From NCBI GenBank assembly GCA_964497385.1, contig CAZCER010000001.1, positions 1 to 33,355 on the forward strand: DNA of 33,355 nt. Direction: 5' to 3'. Below, piece by piece: positions 7,886-16,608 of this stretch. The DNA is from an uncultured Armatimonadia bacterium. GTDB lineage: Bacteria; Armatimonadota; Zipacnadia; UBA1398. The notes beneath the pieces were generated by a model, which was not told where the DNA came from, made no database searches, and was given only the letters and a program-made list of their open reading frames with translations. Every line of letters begins with the position of its first letter. Position 1 is the stretch's first letter. Position numbers and translations under genes: made by a program.

Positions 7886-8821
7886 ATGAACCCTTCGCCC
7901 GCGATTCAAGCGGACGATCTTCGCAAGCGCTTCGGCGACGTGCGGGCGGTCGACGGTGTGAGCCTGGAGGTGCGCGCCGGGGAGATCTTCGGGCTCATCG
8001 GTCCGGATGGCGCCGGCAAGACGACGATGATGCGGATGCTCTGCGGGGTGCTCCGCCCGGACGGCGGGTCGGCGACCGTAGCGGGACGGGACGTGATCCG
8101 GAGGCCGGAGGACGTGAAGCGTCGGATCGGGTACCTGTCGCAGGCGTTCTCTCTGTACGGCGACTTGACGGTCGAGGAGAACATCGACTTCTGCGCCGAC
8201 CTCTACCTGACGCCGCGCGGCGAGGTGGCGTCGCAGAAGGAGTCCATGCTGGCCCTGACGGACCTGGCGCGCTTCCGCACGCGCCAAGCCCGGAGGCTCT
8301 CGGGCGGCATGAAGCAGAAGCTCGGGCTCATCTGCGCGCTGATCCACCGCCCGGAGGCGCTGATCCTCGACGAGCCGACCACGGGCGTGGATCCGATCTC
8401 GCGGAGAGACTTCTGGCGCATCCTTGCGGACCTGCCGGCTCAAGGGGTCACGGTGATCCTGAGTTCGCCCTACATGGAGGAAGCGGCCCGGTGCCACAGG
8501 CTTGCGCTCATGCACCGCGGGAAGCTTCTGGCCACGGGCGCCGCCTCGGAGCTGCAAGAGCGGGTTCACGGGGCCGTCATCGAAGTGGTGACGCCCGAGG
8601 TGCGCGCCGCGCGGAGGGTGCTCGGCGGCTGCGAGGGAGTGCTCAGCCTCACGCCGTTCGGAGACGCTCTGCACGTCCGCATCGATCCCGCGCGGACCTC
8701 GACGGAGCGCCTGGAGGCCGCGCTGGCCGGCGCGGGGCTTCCGTGCTTGGAGGCCCATCCGATCGAGGCCTCGCTCGAGGACGCGTTTCTGGAACTGGTC
8801 GGAGCGGAGGAAGGCGCGTGA
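7886..8821 (+). CDS. ABC transporter ATP-binding protein, YbhF-N-half-like (311 aa)
   Basis: Walker A GPDGAGKTT, Q-loop YLSQ, signature LSGGMKQKL, Walker B ALILDEPT. The H-loop position reads SSPYMEEA, with Pro where His is expected. Confidence 0.92.
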   Translation: MNPSPAIQADDLRKRFGDVRAVDGVSLEVRAGEIFGLIGPDGAGKTTMMRMLCGVLRPDGGSATVAGRDVIRRPEDVKRRIGYLSQAFSLYGDLTVEENIDFCADLYLTPRGEVASQKESMLALTDLARFRTRQARRLSGGMKQKLGLICALIHRPEALILDEPTTGVDPISRRDFWRILADLPAQGVTVILSSPYMEEAARCHRLALMHRGKLLATGAASELQERVHGAVIEVVTPEVRAARRVLGGCEGVLSLTPFGDALHVRIDPARTSTERLEAALAGAGLPCLEAHPIEASLEDAFLELVGAEEGA

Positions 8822-9759
8822 ACGACGGCTTCGCCATTGAGACGCGGGGACTCACAAAGCGCTTCGGCGACTTCGTGGCCGTGGATTCCATCGACCTTGC
8901 GGTGCGCACGGGGGAGATCTTCGGCTTTCTCGGGCCGAACGGGTGCGGGAAGTCCACCACGATCCGCATGCTGTGCGGCCTGCTGCAACCGACCTCCGGA
9001 GAGGCGACGGTCGCGGGCATGAACGTGCGGACCGAGGCCGAGCGCATCCGGGCCGTTCTCGGGTACGTCGGCCAGTTCTTCTACCTCTACGGGGACCTTA
9101 CGGTCGAGGAGAACATGGACCTCTACGGCGGGGTGTACGGCGTGCCGGCCAGGAGGCTTCCGGAGCGCATCGACTACTGGCTCCAGCGGCTGACGCTCAC
9201 GGAAGCGCGCCGAACGCTGGCGGGGTCGCTCTCGACGGGGATCCAGCGCCGCCTCTCGCTTGCCTGCGCGGTGCTGCATGAGCCTTCCGTTCTCTTGCTC
9301 GATGAGCCCACAAGCGGGGTCGATCCGGCCTCGCGCAGGGACTTCTTCGAGGTCATCGCGGAACTCTCGGACAAGGGCACGACCGTCTTGGTCACGACGC
9401 ACGTGATGGACGAGGCCGAGCGCTGCAACCGGCTCTCACTGATGAACCGAGGACGCCTCCGAGCCCTGGGCGCGCCGAGCGAGATCCGCGCGATGAGCGG
9501 GGGCGGCTACTACCGCCTGCCGACCGGCAACCTGCGCCTCGCCGTGGAACTCGCGGACGGCCACCCGTCGGTCCTGGACGCCTATCCGTACGGAGGCGAT
9601 CTACAGGTGCAACTCGCCGCCGACGACCTCGAAGCCGCGCGCGGAGTGTCGGCGTGGCTCGCGGAGCGAGGCGTCGACTGCGGCGAGCCGACGCCTGTGC
9701 GCCCGACGATTGAGCACACGTTCATTCGTTTCCTGGGCGAAGAGGGGGCGGAGGAGTGA
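8818..9759 (+). CDS. ABC transporter ATP-binding protein, YbhF-C-half-like (313 aa from GTG 8818)
   Basis: GTGA start/stop overlap with the previous gene. Walker A GPNGCGKST, Q-loop YVGQ, degenerate signature LSTGIQRRL, Walker B LLLDEPT, canonical H-loop TTHVMDEAE. The track start at 8491 is an Arg-rich out-of-context extension lying inside the previous gene. Confidence 0.9.
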   Translation: MNDGFAIETRGLTKRFGDFVAVDSIDLAVRTGEIFGFLGPNGCGKSTTIRMLCGLLQPTSGEATVAGMNVRTEAERIRAVLGYVGQFFYLYGDLTVEENMDLYGGVYGVPARRLPERIDYWLQRLTLTEARRTLAGSLSTGIQRRLSLACAVLHEPSVLLLDEPTSGVDPASRRDFFEVIAELSDKGTTVLVTTHVMDEAERCNRLSLMNRGRLRALGAPSEIRAMSGGGYYRLPTGNLRLAVELADGHPSVLDAYPYGGDLQVQLAADDLEAARGVSAWLAERGVDCGEPTPVRPTIEHTFIRFLGEEGAEE

Positions 9760-10889
9760 TGCGGCGCCTCGGAGCGATCGCTCGGAAGGAATCGCTGCAC
9801 ATCGTCCGCGACGTGCGGAGCCTCATCGCGGCTCTCGCGTTTCCGGTCATCCTGCTGCTTCTCTACGGCTTCGCGGTGGACTTCGACCTGAACGTTCTGA
9901 CCTTCGCCGTGGTCGATCACGATCACACGCCGGCGTCGCGCCGGCTCATCGAGGCGATCTCGACGACGGACGGCTTCGTCAACGTCGGGTCGCTCGAGTC
10001 GGCGGAGCAGACCGAAGACCTGTTCGAACGGCGTGAGGCCATGGCCGTCTTCGTGATCCCGCGAGGCCTGGAGACGGCCCTCAAGGCGCGCGAGCCCGTC
10101 GAGGTGCAGGTGCTGGTGGATGGGGCGAACTCGACCATCGCCGCGACGGCCGCCACCTATCTGCAGACCGGGATCGAGTCGCTGGGGCGAACGCTGATCC
10201 TTCGGGAAACGCGAGCGATGGGGCTGCCGGAGTCGCTGCTCCGGCCGGCGATCGACGCACGGGTGCGGGTGCTCTACAACCCCGACCTGGAAAGCCGGGT
10301 TTTCCTGGTGCCGGGCCTTATCGCCATCATTCTCATGCTGATGTCAGCGGTCCTGACCTCGGGCATTGTGGTGCGGGAGCGTGAACGAGGGAGTTTCGAG
10401 CTGCTGGCCTCCAGTCCCGTTTCGGCCGTGGAGATCGTGGTGGGGAAGCTTCTGCCGTACGTGGCGCTCTCGGCCATCGACATCGTGATGGTCGTCGCCG
10501 CCGGGTGGTTGGTGTTCGGGGTCGAGGTGCGCGGGAGCCTCTTGCTGCTGTTCGGGGTCTCGACCTTGTTCGTCGCGTCCGCGCTCTCGCTCGGGCTCTT
10601 GTTCTCCTGCATGGCCCGAACTCAGCAATCGGCGTTTCTCGCTTCCTTTGTGGCGACGGTGCTCCCGACGATGCTTCTCTCGGGGTTCGCGTTTCCGGTG
10701 CGAAACATGCCCGCGCCGCTGCAGTGGTTCGCGCAGATCGTCCCGGCAACGCACTACATCCCGGTCGTGCGCGCCATCATCCTGAAGGGCGCCGGGATGG
10801 ATGTGATCGCGGGCCGGGTCGGGATCCTGGCCGCGCTCACGGTCGTGATCGTGTTCCTGGCGGTTAAGGGCTTCCGCAAGACGCTGTAG
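9759..10889 (+). CDS. ABC-2 type transporter permease, YbhS/YbhR-like (about 376 aa)
   Basis: N-terminal TM, a large extracytoplasmic loop, then 5 C-terminal TMs. Family-typical start reads IARKESLHIVRDVRSLIAALAFPVILLLLYGFA. ATG 9759 overlaps the TGA (9757..9759); GTG 9756 is an equally possible start. Confidence 0.9.
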   Translation: MRRLGAIARKESLHIVRDVRSLIAALAFPVILLLLYGFAVDFDLNVLTFAVVDHDHTPASRRLIEAISTTDGFVNVGSLESAEQTEDLFERREAMAVFVIPRGLETALKAREPVEVQVLVDGANSTIAATAATYLQTGIESLGRTLILRETRAMGLPESLLRPAIDARVRVLYNPDLESRVFLVPGLIAIILMLMSAVLTSGIVVRERERGSFELLASSPVSAVEIVVGKLLPYVALSAIDIVMVVAAGWLVFGVEVRGSLLLLFGVSTLFVASALSLGLLFSCMARTQQSAFLASFVATVLPTMLLSGFAFPVRNMPAPLQWFAQIVPATHYIPVVRAIILKGAGMDVIAGRVGILAALTVVIVFLAVKGFRKTL

Positions 10890-10934
10890 GAAGGCGCTTG
10901 GGAGCGCGCGGCCGCGCCCCATGGGAAGAAGACC

Positions 10935-12056
10935 ATGCGACTGAGGAAGATCCTCCAAAAAGAGGTCAGGCAGTTCCGGCGGAACGCGTACATGGTTCGG
11001 ATGGCGCTGTTCGTGCCGATCATGCAGGTCCTGCTTCTCTCCTACGCGGCGAACACCGACGTCTTCGACGTTCCGGTGGCGGTCTGTGACGAGGACCAGA
11101 CGGCGCAGAGCCGCGAGTTCATCGAGCACATCGTGAACACCTCGACCTTCGACCTCGTCGGCTACGAGATCGGGCCGGACAGTCTCCAGCGGCAACTGGA
11201 CCTGGGCCGGGTGGAAGTCGGGATCCACGTGCCTCCGGGCTTCTCGCGGGACGCCCAGCGCGGCGAAGCCACGGTGCAGATCCTCGTGAACGGCGCCGAC
11301 TCGACCACCGCGGTGGCGGCCGCCTCGTACGCGGCCGCGTCGGCCGCCGCCTACAACCAGACGATCTCGGAAGAGCGCGCCAACCGCGCCGGGATCCGAG
11401 TGCGGACTCCCTCGATCTCGGCGGCGACGCGCGTGTTCTACAACCCGGACCTCCGGAGCATGTGGTTCATGGCGCCCGGGGTGATGGCGATGGTGCTCGT
11501 GATCCTGATGCAGAACTTCTCGGCGCTGTCGGTCGCGCGCGAGCGGGAACTCGGGACGCTCGAGCAGATCTTCATGAGCCCCGCTCGCTCCTGGGAACTC
11601 CTGCTCGGGAAGCTCATCCCGCTCGGGGTTGTGGGGATGATCGACGCGTTGGTGGCCGCCTGCATCGTCGTCTTCGTGCTCGGCGTGCCGTTCCGCGGAA
11701 GCGCGCTTGCGCTCGCGATCGCGACGGTCGTGTTTCTCCTGGCGAGCCTCGGGATCGGCCTGCTGGTCTCGACCATCTCCGCGAACCAGCAGCAGGCCCA
11801 GATCACGAACTTCTTCCTGATCTTCCCGTCGACGCTTCTCTCCGGCTTCATCTTTCCGGTCGAGAATCTGCCGTCGTGGCTCCATTGGGTGAGCACGGTC
11901 GTGCCCCTGACGTACTACCTGGAGGTGATCCGCGGAGTGTTCCTGCGGGGCTCGGGGCTCGAGGTGCTGTTCGTGAAGCAGATCGTCCCGATGTTCGCGC
12001 TCGCGATCGTCTACTTCGGGATCGGGGCGCTCCACTTCCGGAAGAGGCTGGACTGA
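10935..12056 (+). CDS. ABC-2 type transporter permease, second paralog (373 aa)
   Basis: Same architecture as the preceding gene (KILQKEVRQFRRNAYMVRMALFVPIMQVLLLSYA ... C-terminal TM bundle). It completes an ATPase-ATPase-permease-permease arrangement. Confidence 0.9.
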   Translation: MRLRKILQKEVRQFRRNAYMVRMALFVPIMQVLLLSYAANTDVFDVPVAVCDEDQTAQSREFIEHIVNTSTFDLVGYEIGPDSLQRQLDLGRVEVGIHVPPGFSRDAQRGEATVQILVNGADSTTAVAAASYAAASAAAYNQTISEERANRAGIRVRTPSISAATRVFYNPDLRSMWFMAPGVMAMVLVILMQNFSALSVARERELGTLEQIFMSPARSWELLLGKLIPLGVVGMIDALVAACIVVFVLGVPFRGSALALAIATVVFLLASLGIGLLVSTISANQQQAQITNFFLIFPSTLLSGFIFPVENLPSWLHWVSTVVPLTYYLEVIRGVFLRGSGLEVLFVKQIVPMFALAIVYFGIGALHFRKRLD

Positions 12057-12075
12057 TCGAGGTCGGCGGAGCGCG

Positions 12076-14844
12076 CTACGGCTCGGCCGGCGCCTGCGGG
12101 AGGGGGCCGGGAAGCTTCTCGGTCACTCGGACGATCTCGAGCGGAGTCGTCGTCTCGCCCATCACCAGGTCGGCGGTCTCGCCCACGCGCTTGCCGAGAA
12201 GCGCCTGGCCCACCGGGGCGCGATACGAGACAACCGACTCGGACCAGTGGCTGTCGCCTTCGCCGAGAAGCCAGATGGCGCGCTCCTCGCCCGTTGCGCC
12301 GTTGCGATACGTGACCTCCGTGCCGGGCGTCGCGACGCCGTCCACGCGTTCGAGGTCCTCGATGAAGAGCGCGGCCGCGAGCGCCCTCTGGGTGCTGTCC
12401 ATCGCCGCCTTGAGCATCCCCTGCTGTCCGCGCGCGGCGTCGTAGTCGGCGTTCTCGGAGAGGTCCCCGAGTTCGCGGGCGGCCTTGAGTTCCTTGAGCA
12501 CGGTCTCCATTTCGGCGCGCATCGCGCGCATCCGCTGCTGCAGGAGGTCGTAGGTGCCGCGGGTCATCAGGGTGACGCGCTCGTTGCGCTCGGGCGGGAG
12601 GTCCGCCTCGTCCTCCATAGGGGGCTCTCGGCCGGGCAGCAGTTCCACGAGGGCGGTCCAACCCGCCTGCGTGAGGAGCGCCTCCACGGCGTCCGCGCCC
12701 TCACCCTCACCAAGCGCGCGGAGCGTGAGTCCGAGCTTCTGATAGGCGGAGCCTTCGGGGATGGGCGTGTCTTGCAGGAGCTGGGCGAGCGTCGAACCGG
12801 GCGCGATCAGCTTGAGGGCGTCCGACATGGCCTTCGCGGGCGCCGAGCGGGTCAGCGCGGGTCCGATGGTGACGAGCAGCGACCATGGATCGGGCTGGCG
12901 GCCGTTCAGGTCCTCCCACTTGCCAAGAATCTCCTGGACGATCAGCACCGCGGAGGCCGGCGCGAGCTTCGAGGCCATGAGCGTGCCCAGGGCGGCGCGA
13001 AGTTCCGTGCCGGCTCGATCGAGCAGCGCCCTCCAGGCCGTCTCGCGCACCGCGGGGCAGCGCGAGGAGAGCGCGCCGCACGCGGCCAGTTCCCATTGCT
13101 CACCCTCGAGCGCGAGCCCGAGCACGGCGGCCTGGCACTCATCCTCGGTGAGAGACGTGACGCCGACTCCGGCCTCGACGCATTCGTCGGCCACCGCGAC
13201 CCAGTCGCGATGGCGCTCGGGGAGCCACTTCTCGAGAAGCGGCAGCGCGGCGAGGCGACCATCTTTGGCGCGCTCCTCGGGCAAAGCCATCGCGAGGCGA
13301 TCGGCGTAGATGCGGCGGGCCTCCTCTTGGGCTTCGGGATGCTGCTCGAGGAGCTTCAGGATGGTGCGCGCGGCCTTCTTCAGGCTCCAACGCGGGTTGT
13401 AGACGGGCAGGAGCGAACCGTTCTGGGGCTCCTCGTCCTCGTCGTCGGCTTCGCGCAGTCGCACCGTGTCTCGGAAAGCCTGCGTGTGGTCCACGCGCGG
13501 ATCGGCGTCGAAGCGGTCGCGCGCCTTCTTCCACCAGGCGGCCCAGCCCTTGGCGGGCACGACGCGATCAAAGAGGACTTCCTTGATCTCCTTGTACGTC
13601 GCCTCTCCGCCGCGCTCGACCAGGGCGCGCACGACCACCGCCACCGGATCCTCGGCCAACTCGCGCTCGATGCCGTCCGGGTCGTCGAAGTAGGCGACGG
13701 TCACGAGCGTGTCGGGGACGATGACGAGCGCCCGCTCGGCGATCTCGAGCGCGATGCGATGCCCGGGCTTGTCCTTGAAATCCACGGTCAGGAAGGTGCC
13801 GTCATGGGCGGTGACCTTGCCAATGCCCCAGTCGCGGTTCAGGACGTGGGTGCCGGGGAGCATGCTGCCCGAGAGGACCTTGGTGAGAGCGTCCATCCTC
13901 TTGAGGGCCTCCGCGATGGGCACGGACGGGTCGGGCAGGCGCGAGGCCTCGATGAGGCCACCCACCGCCGCCGCTCCGCCCATGGCGTCAGTGAGGCACT
14001 CCACATAGAGCTTGCGGATGTCCGGGTTGCCGTGGCCGCTGTCGAGAATGGCTTTGAAGGCGTCGGAGAGTTCGCGGTGCAGGCCTGCCTCGCGCAGACG
14101 GGGCAGCGAGAGGTCGAGGGTGACCTCAAGCAAGTCGCCCTTGCCGCCCGCGGCCATCGTCGGGAAGGTCTCCACGAGGGAAAGAAGGACGCCGCGTTGC
14201 TCGGTCTCAAGCACCCGGAGCAGCGGATCCTCGGCGGAGTCCGCGGCGTCGATGGCCATGAAGCCGACGAAGGCTTTGATCGCGAGGCGGTCGCCCTTGG
14301 CCTTGTTCCCGGCGGCGTCGGCCCGCTGGCACTCCCACCAACGGAGTTCGGGCGCCTCGGGGCAGCGCTCACGGCAGTAGGCGACATCCTCGGCGAGCAC
14401 GTCCTCATTCAGCTTCGCGCCTATCTTCAGGAGGAGTTCCACGAACCGGTGGTCTTCGCGATTCGCGAGCCCTCTCCGAGCGACCCAGCGGGCGGCCTCG
14501 ATGAAGTTGGAGGAGAGGAGGGAGCGCGCGAGGAGGAGGAACGTCGTGGCCGCGGCCGGCTTCTGGTTCATGCGCTCTTGGATGAGGCCGGCGGCGAGGC
14601 GGGCGGTGAGGGCCTTCTTGACGATCTTGAGCGCCTCATCGACCATGCCGGCGAGAGGCCCGAGCCGATCGTTCTCGGCGGCGTCGGCGACGGCGGCCTC
14701 GATCGCCTCGACCTCGCTGACGGGGAACTCGTCGAGTTCCTGCCGCAGGAGGTACGGGCGAGTCAGCAGCTCGGCCGGCGCCGGCCTGCTTTCGGACAGG
14801 TCGCCCTCTTGGGCCGCGCCCTCGGCCGTGTCAGGTGCGCTCAT
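12076..14844 (-). CDS. Large protein (~922 aa) with a C-terminal GreA/GreB transcript-cleavage-factor domain and an unassigned ~760-aa N-terminal region
   Basis: The C-terminal ~155 aa (nt 12112..12576) read KELKAARELGDLSENADYDAARGQQGMLKAAMD ... VSYRAPVGQALLGKRVGETADLV, a GreA coiled-coil finger with the acidic tip plus the globular domain. The start is taken at the only ATG (14844); the track start at 14916 is a TTG with no SD. The 962-aa + strand ORF opposite overlaps both tRNA genes and has antisense-type composition. Confidence 0.85.
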   Translation of the reverse strand: MSAPDTAEGAAQEGDLSESRPAPAELLTRPYLLRQELDEFPVSEVEAIEAAVADAAENDRLGPLAGMVDEALKIVKKALTARLAAGLIQERMNQKPAAATTFLLLARSLLSSNFIEAARWVARRGLANREDHRFVELLLKIGAKLNEDVLAEDVAYCRERCPEAPELRWWECQRADAAGNKAKGDRLAIKAFVGFMAIDAADSAEDPLLRVLETEQRGVLLSLVETFPTMAAGGKGDLLEVTLDLSLPRLREAGLHRELSDAFKAILDSGHGNPDIRKLYVECLTDAMGGAAAVGGLIEASRLPDPSVPIAEALKRMDALTKVLSGSMLPGTHVLNRDWGIGKVTAHDGTFLTVDFKDKPGHRIALEIAERALVIVPDTLVTVAYFDDPDGIERELAEDPVAVVVRALVERGGEATYKEIKEVLFDRVVPAKGWAAWWKKARDRFDADPRVDHTQAFRDTVRLREADDEDEEPQNGSLLPVYNPRWSLKKAARTILKLLEQHPEAQEEARRIYADRLAMALPEERAKDGRLAALPLLEKWLPERHRDWVAVADECVEAGVGVTSLTEDECQAAVLGLALEGEQWELAACGALSSRCPAVRETAWRALLDRAGTELRAALGTLMASKLAPASAVLIVQEILGKWEDLNGRQPDPWSLLVTIGPALTRSAPAKAMSDALKLIAPGSTLAQLLQDTPIPEGSAYQKLGLTLRALGEGEGADAVEALLTQAGWTALVELLPGREPPMEDEADLPPERNERVTLMTRGTYDLLQQRMRAMRAEMETVLKELKAARELGDLSENADYDAARGQQGMLKAAMDSTQRALAAALFIEDLERVDGVATPGTEVTYRNGATGEERAIWLLGEGDSHWSESVVSYRAPVGQALLGKRVGETADLVMGETTTPLEIVRVTEKLPGPLPQAPAEP

Positions 14845-14974
14845 CGAGTGGGTACCGCCTCTCGGGATGCATCGGGGTGGACGGCGGGCCTGCCGCCGCC
14901 GGACAGCGCGCACCAAGGTTGCCGCGCGGCCGGGGGAGTGTCAAGGACGCGTTCGGGCGCTGTCGCCGTACGCC

Positions 14975-15003
14975 TTGACGCCGTTGGGGGACTAGGGGAC
15001 AAT
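14975..15003 (+). promoter_or_regulatory. Possible promoter for the tRNA pair
   Basis: TTGACG (14975..14980), 17 nt, then GACAAT (14998..15003), about 40 nt upstream of tRNA-Glu. The -10 matches only 4 of 6 positions. Confidence 0.3.
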
Positions 15004-15044
15004 ACGCATCCGCGCCGAGTCGTTGGCGCGTGGGCGAGACCGGC

Positions 15045-15119
15045 GCCCCCTTCGTCTAGTGGTCAGGACGACAGGTTTTCATCCTGTAAACAGGGGTTCG
15101 ATTCCCCTAGGGGGTACCA
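15045..15119 (+). tRNA. tRNA-Glu (anticodon UUC), CCA encoded
   Basis: GCCCCCTTCGTCTAGTGGTCAGGACGACAGGTTTTCATCCTGTAAACAGGGGTTCGATTCCCCTAGGGGGTACCA. The cloverleaf folds by hand. The anticodon loop is TTTTCAT between stems ACAGG and CCTGT. The sequence closely parallels E. coli tRNA-Glu. Confidence 0.93.
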
Positions 15120-15125
15120 CAGTGT

Positions 15126-15202
15126 GGGCGGGTAGCTCAGTCGGCTAGAGCGTCTGGTTTACACCCAGAAGGTCGTGGGTTCGAGCCCCTCTCCGCCCAC
15201 CA
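15126..15202 (+). tRNA. tRNA-Val (anticodon UAC), CCA encoded
   Basis: GGGCGGGTAGCTCAGTCGGCTAGAGCGTCTGGTTTACACCCAGAAGGTCGTGGGTTCGAGCCCCTCTCCGCCCACCA. The anticodon loop is TTTACAC between stems TCTGG and CCAGA. There is one U-U mismatch in the T stem and one G-U pair in the acceptor stem. Confidence 0.9.
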
Positions 15203-15255
15203 CTTCCCCACTTCCGGCTTCCGAGGCGGTCCTCGCCCATCCCGGAGACGCGAAT

Positions 15256-15290
15256 CGGGCCCCCAACCGCGCGTTCCGGCCAGGGGCCCG
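15256..15290. terminator. Possible bidirectional terminator between the tRNA pair and the convergent TlpA-like gene
   Basis: 8-bp stem cgggcccc (15256..15263) / ggggcccg (15283..15290) with a 19-nt loop, followed on the + strand by TTGCTTTG. Confidence 0.4.
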
Positions 15291-15312
15291 TTGCTTTGCG
15301 CGGATGGAGCGC

Positions 15313-16608
15313 CTACTCGGCAGGCCCCAGCAGCTCGGAGAGCGCCTGCTCGAGGGCAGGACCACGCGCCTCCGCCATGTGGATGGTCCCGTCCTTGTCG
15401 ATAAGGAACACAGCCGGGATCGAATGGATGCGCCACAGATCGGCGATCTCGGCGTCCCAGAAGCCCTCGTCGCAAACCTGCCGCCAGCTCACGTCCGGGT
15501 TCGCCTGCAGAAAGGTCGTCAGATCGCCGAGGGTCCTGTCGAGACTGACGCCCACGATCTCGAAGCCCTTGTCATGGTACTTCTTATAGGCCGCGATAAC
15601 GTTCGGGAGTTCCGCCTTGCACGGCCCACACCACGTCGCCCAGAAGTCGAGCAATACCACCTTGCCCTTGTAGTCGGAAAGCTTGAACGTCTCGCCGGCT
15701 ATGTCGGTGGCCTCGAAGTCGAGGGCCGGGTTTCCGGCGGAGAGGTAGACCTTCGGGGTGAACTCCTCCGTGGTCTCAGCGAACTCAATCGCGTCGCCCA
15801 TCGGGCTGGCGCCAACCAGTCGGTAGCCCTTCCCGCCGAACTCGAACGGCTCGTTCGCGAGGTAGAACTCCGCCGAGGCGGTGTCGGCCTCGAGTTTCCC
15901 GTCCGCGTTCCGGTCGACGATGACGGCGCCTCCCGCCCGAGCGTCCGGGGTCGCCGGCGTGGCGTCGTCGAAGAGAGCGTTCGAGTTGTCGTCCGTGAGA
16001 ACGACCTTGACGGTCGTTCCGCCAATCTCCACATCGCCCGCGCGCACCGTGGTCGTGTAGAAGAACACGAGGCCCGCGCGGCGGTCGGTCTCGGGAGCCT
16101 TCGCGAGCAGGTCGGTGAGCGTCTCCACGGCGGCGTCCGCGGGCGGCTGCGGGACAGGGTTGAAGCGATAGAGCTGCAGGCCGAACGGAAGTGTCCGCTC
16201 CGCGCCATCGACGCTGTAGCTCACCTGGATCTCCGCGGAGCCGGCAATGGTGCGCTCGACCACGCCCGACCAGACGGGACCGTTGTCATTGGTGAGGTCC
16301 TCGTCGTTGTTCAAGTCGACCCAGAGGGCCGAGTGGACCTTGAGATCCTCGCCGATGAACTCGTCGAGGACCACCGCAACCGAGGAGTCCGCGCCATTGC
16401 CGAGGGTGAGCGCGGCGTACTTTGGGGCGCCGGTGTAGGCGGGCTCGGCGGCCAAGGTCTCCGCCGGGGCGGCTCCGAGCGGGGCGGAGGCTGGCATGTA
16501 GTACCGGACGCCCGCCTCGCCTCGAGCAACCAGTTCTAGAGGGCCGGCCGAAGCGGCGCACGCGAGAACGATCAAGAAGAGAACGGATAACGGGGGCACG
16601 CACCTCAT
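15313..16608 (-). CDS. Secreted TlpA/ResA-like thiol-disulfide oxidoreductase with a ~280-aa N-terminal module of unknown function (431 aa)
   Basis: GAAGGAGA lies 8 nt upstream of the ATG. Signal peptide MRCVPPLSVLFLIVLACAASA. The C-terminal thioredoxin fold reads FKLSDYKGKVVLLDFWATWCGPCKAELP ... IHSIPAVFLIDKDG. The N-terminal module carries VDLNNDEDLTNDNG and VDRNADGKLE acidic loops. Confidence 0.9.
   Translation of the reverse strand: MRCVPPLSVLFLIVLACAASAGPLELVARGEAGVRYYMPASAPLGAAPAETLAAEPAYTGAPKYAALTLGNGADSSVAVVLDEFIGEDLKVHSALWVDLNNDEDLTNDNGPVWSGVVERTIAGSAEIQVSYSVDGAERTLPFGLQLYRFNPVPQPPADAAVETLTDLLAKAPETDRRAGLVFFYTTTVRAGDVEIGGTTVKVVLTDDNSNALFDDATPATPDARAGGAVIVDRNADGKLEADTASAEFYLANEPFEFGGKGYRLVGASPMGDAIEFAETTEEFTPKVYLSAGNPALDFEATDIAGETFKLSDYKGKVVLLDFWATWCGPCKAELPNVIAAYKKYHDKGFEIVGVSLDRTLGDLTTFLQANPDVSWRQVCDEGFWDAEIADLWRIHSIPAVFLIDKDGTIHMAEARGPALEQALSELLGPAE

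Noticed and set aside
8491-8817. Upstream extensions of track ORFs. Examples are 8491 for the second ATPase, 4502 for the OMF, 18285 for pdxS, 22565 for the protease, 23071 for the cNMP protein, 25574 and 25573 for the sulfatase and peptidase, 27567, and 31357.
   Set aside because: The extensions overlap neighbouring genes or are Arg/Pro-rich with no SD. Internal starts have SD motifs at 6-11 nt and begin exactly at the conserved N-termini or signal peptides.
12247-15135. 962-aa + strand ORF, the longest in the window
   Set aside because: It is antisense to the GreA-domain gene, has Arg/Gly/His/Leu-rich shadow-ORF composition and no recognisable motif. It also runs straight through tRNA-Glu and into tRNA-Val.
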